The notes beneath the pieces are model-generated. The model worked only from the letters and a program-made list of their open reading frames with translations, was not told the DNA's origin and made no database searches. A program made the translations under genes and the position numbers. 64,000 bases of DNA from Candidatus Levyibacteriota bacterium (GTDB lineage Bacteria; Patescibacteriota; Microgenomatia; Levybacterales; UBA12049): NCBI GenBank assembly GCA_041906785.1, contig JAYRIM010000021.1, positions 17,881 through 81,880 on the forward strand, read 5' to 3'. Shown in pieces: positions 59,668 through 64,000 of the stretch (position 1 is its first letter; every line of letters starts with the position of its first letter).

Positions 59668-61287
59668 ATGTTTACTTCTTGGCCTCATAGCGTTATATAT
59701 CAAATTTACCCCCGGAGTTTTAAAGATTCTAATGCTGACGGTATTGGAGATCTAAAAGGTATTATAGAAAAATTACCGTATTTAGCAGAGTTAGGAGTAG
59801 ACGCACTATGGATATCACCTTTTTTTACGTCTCCTATGAAAGATTTTGGCTATGATATTTCCGATTATTATTCTGTTGACCCAATTTTCGGAACGTTAGA
59901 CGATATTGACCTTCTCATAAAAGAAGCACACACACGCAATCTTAAAGTAATGATGGATTTTGTCCCAAACCATACATCAAATCAACATCCATGGTTTCTT
60001 GAATCTGCCTCGTCAAAAGACAATCCAAAAAGAGATTGGTATATTTGGAAAGATCCAAAATCAATCGATAATGAAACAAATAAACCAACTCCTCCTAATA
60101 ACTGGTTAAGTATTTTTGGAGGGTCAGTTTGGGAATGGCACGATCAGACAAAACAATACTATTTACACACATTTTTAAAAGAACAACCTGATCTGAATTG
60201 GCGTAATCCCGAAGTCGTTCAAGCAATGCTGGAGGTAATCCGTTTTTGGTTAAAGCGGGGTATTGATGGGCTCCGTGTTGATGCGTTTATATTCGTGTAT
60301 AAAGATCAAAAATTTTTAGATGAACCGATTAAACCAGAATCCGAATGGGATAGACAACGCATATTTTATAACCTAAACCATATATATACAGTAAATCAGC
60401 CTGAGCTGCTGACACTTCTTGATACATTTTGTGATGTACTCGACGAATTTGGAGGGAAATTCATGATTACAGAGACATCCGGAAGACTACTCACTATGGA
60501 ACAACTGATTCAGCTGTATAGATCACGCAGGGAGCATGTTCATGCTCCTTTTAATTTTTATTTTATTAATTTACCTTGGGACGCCAATGTTTATAAAACA
60601 TTTATTGATGAATATGATGCACGAGTAGGTAATACATCTATTCCAACGTTTGTACTTGGAAACCATGATAAACCGCGAGTGACAAGCAGAATTGGGAAAG
60701 AAGCTGCAAGGACTGCTGCAATGTTATTACTTACGCTTCGTGGTATTCCAACAATTTATTACGGTGAAGAAATAGGTATGGAAGATGGAGATATCCGCGC
60801 AGAAGATGCTAAAGATCCTCATAGAACAGTTGTAGATGGAAAGCTTGTAAGCAGGGATCCAGAACGGACTCCCATGCAATGGAATAGTGAAACTTTTGCT
60901 GGATTTTCTGAAACAAAGCCATGGTTACCATTACAGAAAAATGTAAACATTATTAATGTTCTAACTGAGAGTTCAGATCCAACGTCAATGTTATCGTTAT
61001 ATAAAGCCATATTGCAACTTCGCAAAACACATCTTCCATTAACAAAAGGGACATATTATTCACTACCTGAAAGTAACGATAACGTTTTAGCATACATGAG
61101 AGAAACAGAAAATGAAAAAATACTCGTACTTTTAAACTTTTCTGGCGATATAGTATCTATATCACTTCCAGTGCAGAAATGTGAATTATTGCTTTCAACA
61201 TATCTTGATAAAGATAAGGGTGTTATTACTACACTGACAAGTTTCACTCTCCGGCCATATGAAGGTATTATGTTTAAAATATACTAA
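59668..61287 (+). CDS. GH13 alpha-glucosidase / oligo-1,6-glucosidase
   Basis: YQIYPRSF.DSN.DG.GDL, VPNHTS, QPDLNW, RVDA, NHD, YYGEEIGM. Confidence 0.92.
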   Translation: MFTSWPHSVIYQIYPRSFKDSNADGIGDLKGIIEKLPYLAELGVDALWISPFFTSPMKDFGYDISDYYSVDPIFGTLDDIDLLIKEAHTRNLKVMMDFVPNHTSNQHPWFLESASSKDNPKRDWYIWKDPKSIDNETNKPTPPNNWLSIFGGSVWEWHDQTKQYYLHTFLKEQPDLNWRNPEVVQAMLEVIRFWLKRGIDGLRVDAFIFVYKDQKFLDEPIKPESEWDRQRIFYNLNHIYTVNQPELLTLLDTFCDVLDEFGGKFMITETSGRLLTMEQLIQLYRSRREHVHAPFNFYFINLPWDANVYKTFIDEYDARVGNTSIPTFVLGNHDKPRVTSRIGKEAARTAAMLLLTLRGIPTIYYGEEIGMEDGDIRAEDAKDPHRTVVDGKLVSRDPERTPMQWNSETFAGFSETKPWLPLQKNVNIINVLTESSDPTSMLSLYKAILQLRKTHLPLTKGTYYSLPESNDNVLAYMRETENEKILVLLNFSGDIVSISLPVQKCELLLSTYLDKDKGVITTLTSFTLRPYEGIMFKIY

Positions 61288-61385
61288 TTTGGAATTACAG
61301 AAAATGTAACATACACTTCTCAAGTCTTACATGTTTCATATTATCCCTTTATTACACCTTCACATCAGTAATATATAAATATCTT

Positions 61386-61799
61386 ATGGATCAACGTCTT
61401 TTGAATGAGGCCAAACGGATTAGTAAAATTAGAAGGACTCGTCTTATTTTATTTCAAATACTCACAGTCGTATACGTTATCATTTTATTCTTCCTCATTT
61501 TAGGCTTTATTTTTCGGATATTCGGTGCTGACCCTACTGGGTTCTTTGTCGCTTTCATTTACGCAGGATCAGAATTCTGGAAGATTCCTTTTTATAGCAT
61601 TATTCCCGGAGTAAAGCTCTCTGGAGATGCATTGTTTGATAATGTAAGCCTTATTGCGCTTTTTAGCTATACAGCTACGTATCTCTTTATTCTTACATTA
61701 ATTTACCTTTGGTCTCGAATTCTTATCCAAAAACGCCAAATGGATGTTGAACAAAAAACGAATATAATAGTAGTCGATAGACCTGTCGAAATCTCCTGA
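61386..61799 (+). CDS. YggT-like membrane protein
   Basis: Two TM helices around F..FIY..S...PF. Confidence 0.5.
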   Translation: MDQRLLNEAKRISKIRRTRLILFQILTVVYVIILFFLILGFIFRIFGADPTGFFVAFIYAGSEFWKIPFYSIIPGVKLSGDALFDNVSLIALFSYTATYLFILTLIYLWSRILIQKRQMDVEQKTNIIVVDRPVEIS

Positions 61800-61837
61800 T
61801 TACCGCATTTTTTCTAACCTGATGTATAATATGATGT

Positions 61838-62491
61838 ATGGAGTCTGAAATCGCAACAAAATTAGACGAGTTTTTTACACAATTTAAAAAACAAACGTAT
61901 AAAAAAGGGGAAATGTTAGTTAGGGCTGATGATAACCCTTCTGGGATATTCTATTTAACGAAAGGGAGTGTAAAGCAATATGCTATTTCGAAAAAGGGTG
62001 ACGAACTGGTCGTTAACATGTTTAAACCAATTTCTTTTTTCCCTATGTCATGGGCGATGAATGATACGCCTAATCATTATTATTTCGAAACTATTACAGA
62101 AGCAGAAGTATGGAAAGCTCCTGTTGAAAAAGTTCTCGAATTTCTTCGAATGAATTCAGACGTTCTCTATGATCTACTAAAAAGGGTTTATAGAGGAACA
62201 GACGGACTTTTTATGCGAATGACATATCTTATGTCTGGAAATGCGAACTCACGTCTAATAACTGAATTATTAATTCATGCAAAACGATTTGGAAAAAAAA
62301 ACTCAACGCAAGGCTCAATTACACTAGAAATGACAGAGAGCGACTTAGCAACTTCAGCAGGTATGACCCGTGAAACTGTCAGTAGGGAAATGAAGGTGCT
62401 GAAATCAAAAAACCTTGTCTCACTCGAAAATAACGCTATTATAATTCACAGTATTTCCAATCTTGAAGAAGAACTTTCTGGAGACTATTAA
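61838..62491 (+). CDS. Crp/Fnr family transcriptional regulator
   Basis: cNMP-binding domain; HTH LATSAGMTRETVSR. Confidence 0.92.
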   Translation: MESEIATKLDEFFTQFKKQTYKKGEMLVRADDNPSGIFYLTKGSVKQYAISKKGDELVVNMFKPISFFPMSWAMNDTPNHYYFETITEAEVWKAPVEKVLEFLRMNSDVLYDLLKRVYRGTDGLFMRMTYLMSGNANSRLITELLIHAKRFGKKNSTQGSITLEMTESDLATSAGMTRETVSREMKVLKSKNLVSLENNAIIIHSISNLEEELSGDY

Positions 62492-62841
62492 GTAGTCGAC
62501 CTCGTAATTATTTCATCTGTAGGAATGATTCTATTTCGAATATCCTCACCTTTTGGTAAACCTGTCGGTAATAAATATCCTTGCCATTTACCACCCCCAA
62601 CAAATAATTCTAAGTGAATAAGATCTGTAAAATCAGCTTCGTCCTTGACGTCATATATTCTATATTTACCAATTGCGAGAATATGATCGGTTTTATGTTC
62701 TTTTTGGGAAGCTACGAGTATTTCACCGATATTATTACTATGGATCCAGGCGAATTTCTTTCTTCCATCTAATTGCAGAACTTTTGTTTGTCCCTTGGTT
62801 TCTATTAATTTATATACTCCTTCAGTAGAAACTTTAATCAT
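62488..62841 (-). CDS. hypothetical protein
   Basis: Well-formed ORF of about 117 aa. Confidence 0.55.
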   Translation of the reverse strand: MIKVSTEGVYKLIETKGQTKVLQLDGRKKFAWIHSNNIGEILVASQKEHKTDHILAIGKYRIYDVKDEADFTDLIHLELFVGGGKWQGYLLPTGLPKGEDIRNRIIPTDEIITRSTT

Positions 62842-62898
62842 ACATATGATGTACATCATTTTCTAATTTTCCACTATGACATTCCTCACTTCTCTATA

Positions 62899-62912
62899 TT
62901 GATTAATATCAA
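62899..62912. promoter_or_regulatory. FNR/CRP-type palindrome TTGAT-N4-ATCAA
   Basis: Perfect FNR consensus in a divergent intergenic region near the Crp/Fnr gene; related sites at 62845, 63308 and 63331. Confidence 0.55.
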
Positions 62913-62964
62913 TGATCAGTCTGAATAAGTTTGTTATGAATAATACGGAAAGGGGGTGATGTAT

Positions 62965-63306
62965 ATGGGTCTTACATGGAAAGATATCGCTACAACAATC
63001 TTAGCACTTTGCGTTTTTGGCATATATTATGCAATGTCTAAAGGAGTCTCTCTTCCTCTTATCACCGGGTATAGAGGTGCTATTCTCGTTTTAGCTCTTT
63101 TAGGAATAGCGATGTGTTCATTGTCAGGCGGAACGAATACAAACACGGGTGTCTTTTTTATAGCAGCGAGCTTTTTAGGCGTTGTCGCGCTGGTACTTAT
63201 CATTTATGGACTAATTACAGGTACAAAAATAGCATTCGTATTGCTTGCTGTAAATCTAATAGTCTTGTGGCTTATCGCAACGCTTCGCCACTTACTAAAG
63301 ATATAG
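62965..63306 (+). CDS. 4-TM hypothetical membrane protein
   Basis: Hydrophobic ORF with AAGGGGGT SD. Confidence 0.6.
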   Translation: MGLTWKDIATTILALCVFGIYYAMSKGVSLPLITGYRGAILVLALLGIAMCSLSGGTNTNTGVFFIAASFLGVVALVLIIYGLITGTKIAFVLLAVNLIVLWLIATLRHLLKI

Positions 63307-63382
63307 CATTGACCTGAATCACATATTTTTTTTGATAAGAATCACTGCAGATCTTCATATATCCTTATAATCTACGAGGAGT

Positions 63383-63805
63383 ATGACTGATTCAGTAATC
63401 GAAATATTGCGAAATAAACCTATTAAACTATGTGTTCTAGGCACGGCGTCTTCTTCTGGACAACCATGGTGCGCAGTCGTGGCGTACGCTATTGAAGATA
63501 ATGAAAAAGTTATTATTTGTACAAAAAAAGAAAGTAGAAAATGGAAAAATATTACTGAGAATTCGAAAGTAGCGCTTGTGTTTGGTTTTGATATGAATGA
63601 AACTAATATCCAATGTGAGGGAACTGCAACAATTATAGAACAGGGGGATCCTTATCGAGAATGCGAAAACGTCTTCTATAATGTGAATCCATATGCAGCA
63701 AAATATAAAAATGAGAAAACAATATTTATAATGGTAAAACTTACAAAAGGAAGAATTTCTGAGTTAAAAACTTTTCCTCCGAGTATGAAAGAATTTAACA
63801 TATGA
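63383..63805 (+). CDS. pyridoxamine 5'-phosphate oxidase-like (split-barrel) protein
   Basis: LGT....P....V...SRK.KNI..N.KVAL. Confidence 0.8.
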   Translation: MTDSVIEILRNKPIKLCVLGTASSSGQPWCAVVAYAIEDNEKVIICTKKESRKWKNITENSKVALVFGFDMNETNIQCEGTATIIEQGDPYRECENVFYNVNPYAAKYKNEKTIFIMVKLTKGRISELKTFPPSMKEFNI

Positions 63806-64000
63806 AACCTCCAGTTATTCTAAGAAAGACATTCATTTTTCTATTCGCGGTATCATATAAAATTATCATAAAACCCATCTTGTTCCACATTGATCCTGAA
63901 CTCGTGCATAACCATATGACACGATTTGGCGAAAGATTAGCTAGAAATCCCTTGTATAAATCTGCTATCAGTTATACATATCAGTATGAAAATAAAGCAC
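63802..64000 (+). CDS. pyrD: quinone-dependent dihydroorotate dehydrogenase, N-terminus (3'-truncated by window)
   Basis: YKIIIKPILFHIDPELVHN matches the class 2 DHODH N-terminus. Confidence 0.7.
   Translation, partial: MKPPVILRKTFIFLFAVSYKIIIKPILFHIDPELVHNHMTRFGERLARNPLYKSAISYTYQYENKA

Overview
AT-rich (about 35% GC by eye) bacterial chromosome segment. Gene content and style (split transketolase, DUF2130, RAYT-type transposase, tRNAs without encoded CCA, many short palindromic repeats) suggest a Patescibacteria/CPR genome, probably Microgenomates; this is inference. It carries housekeeping genes (dus, uvrA, uvrC, secG, yvcK, rnhB, transketolase halves, dinB, obgE, partial pyrD), a MacAB-like exporter, a hyaluronan-synthase-like polysaccharide cluster and six tRNAs. 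The main observation is four separate non-rRNA loci (about 1.7-3.2, 14.3-14.8, 18.2-19.2 and 25.8-26.6 kb) sharing an rRNA-operon-like layout: sigma70 promoter, boxA-like antiterminator, then heavily structured RNA with 5'/3' long-range pairing. Three enclose a signal-peptide or lipoprotein ORF with a strong Shine-Dalgarno site; one is a ~400-nt ORF-less RNA. Also notable: an atypical tRNA-Cys (C33) directly upstream of a PvcA/DIT1-like enzyme and a UbiA gene, an HNH nuclease gene overlapping tRNA-His, a glycerate kinase-transketolase fusion, a likely CRP regulon, and repeats inserted in frame in genes. All calls were made by eye; no searches or folding programs were run.
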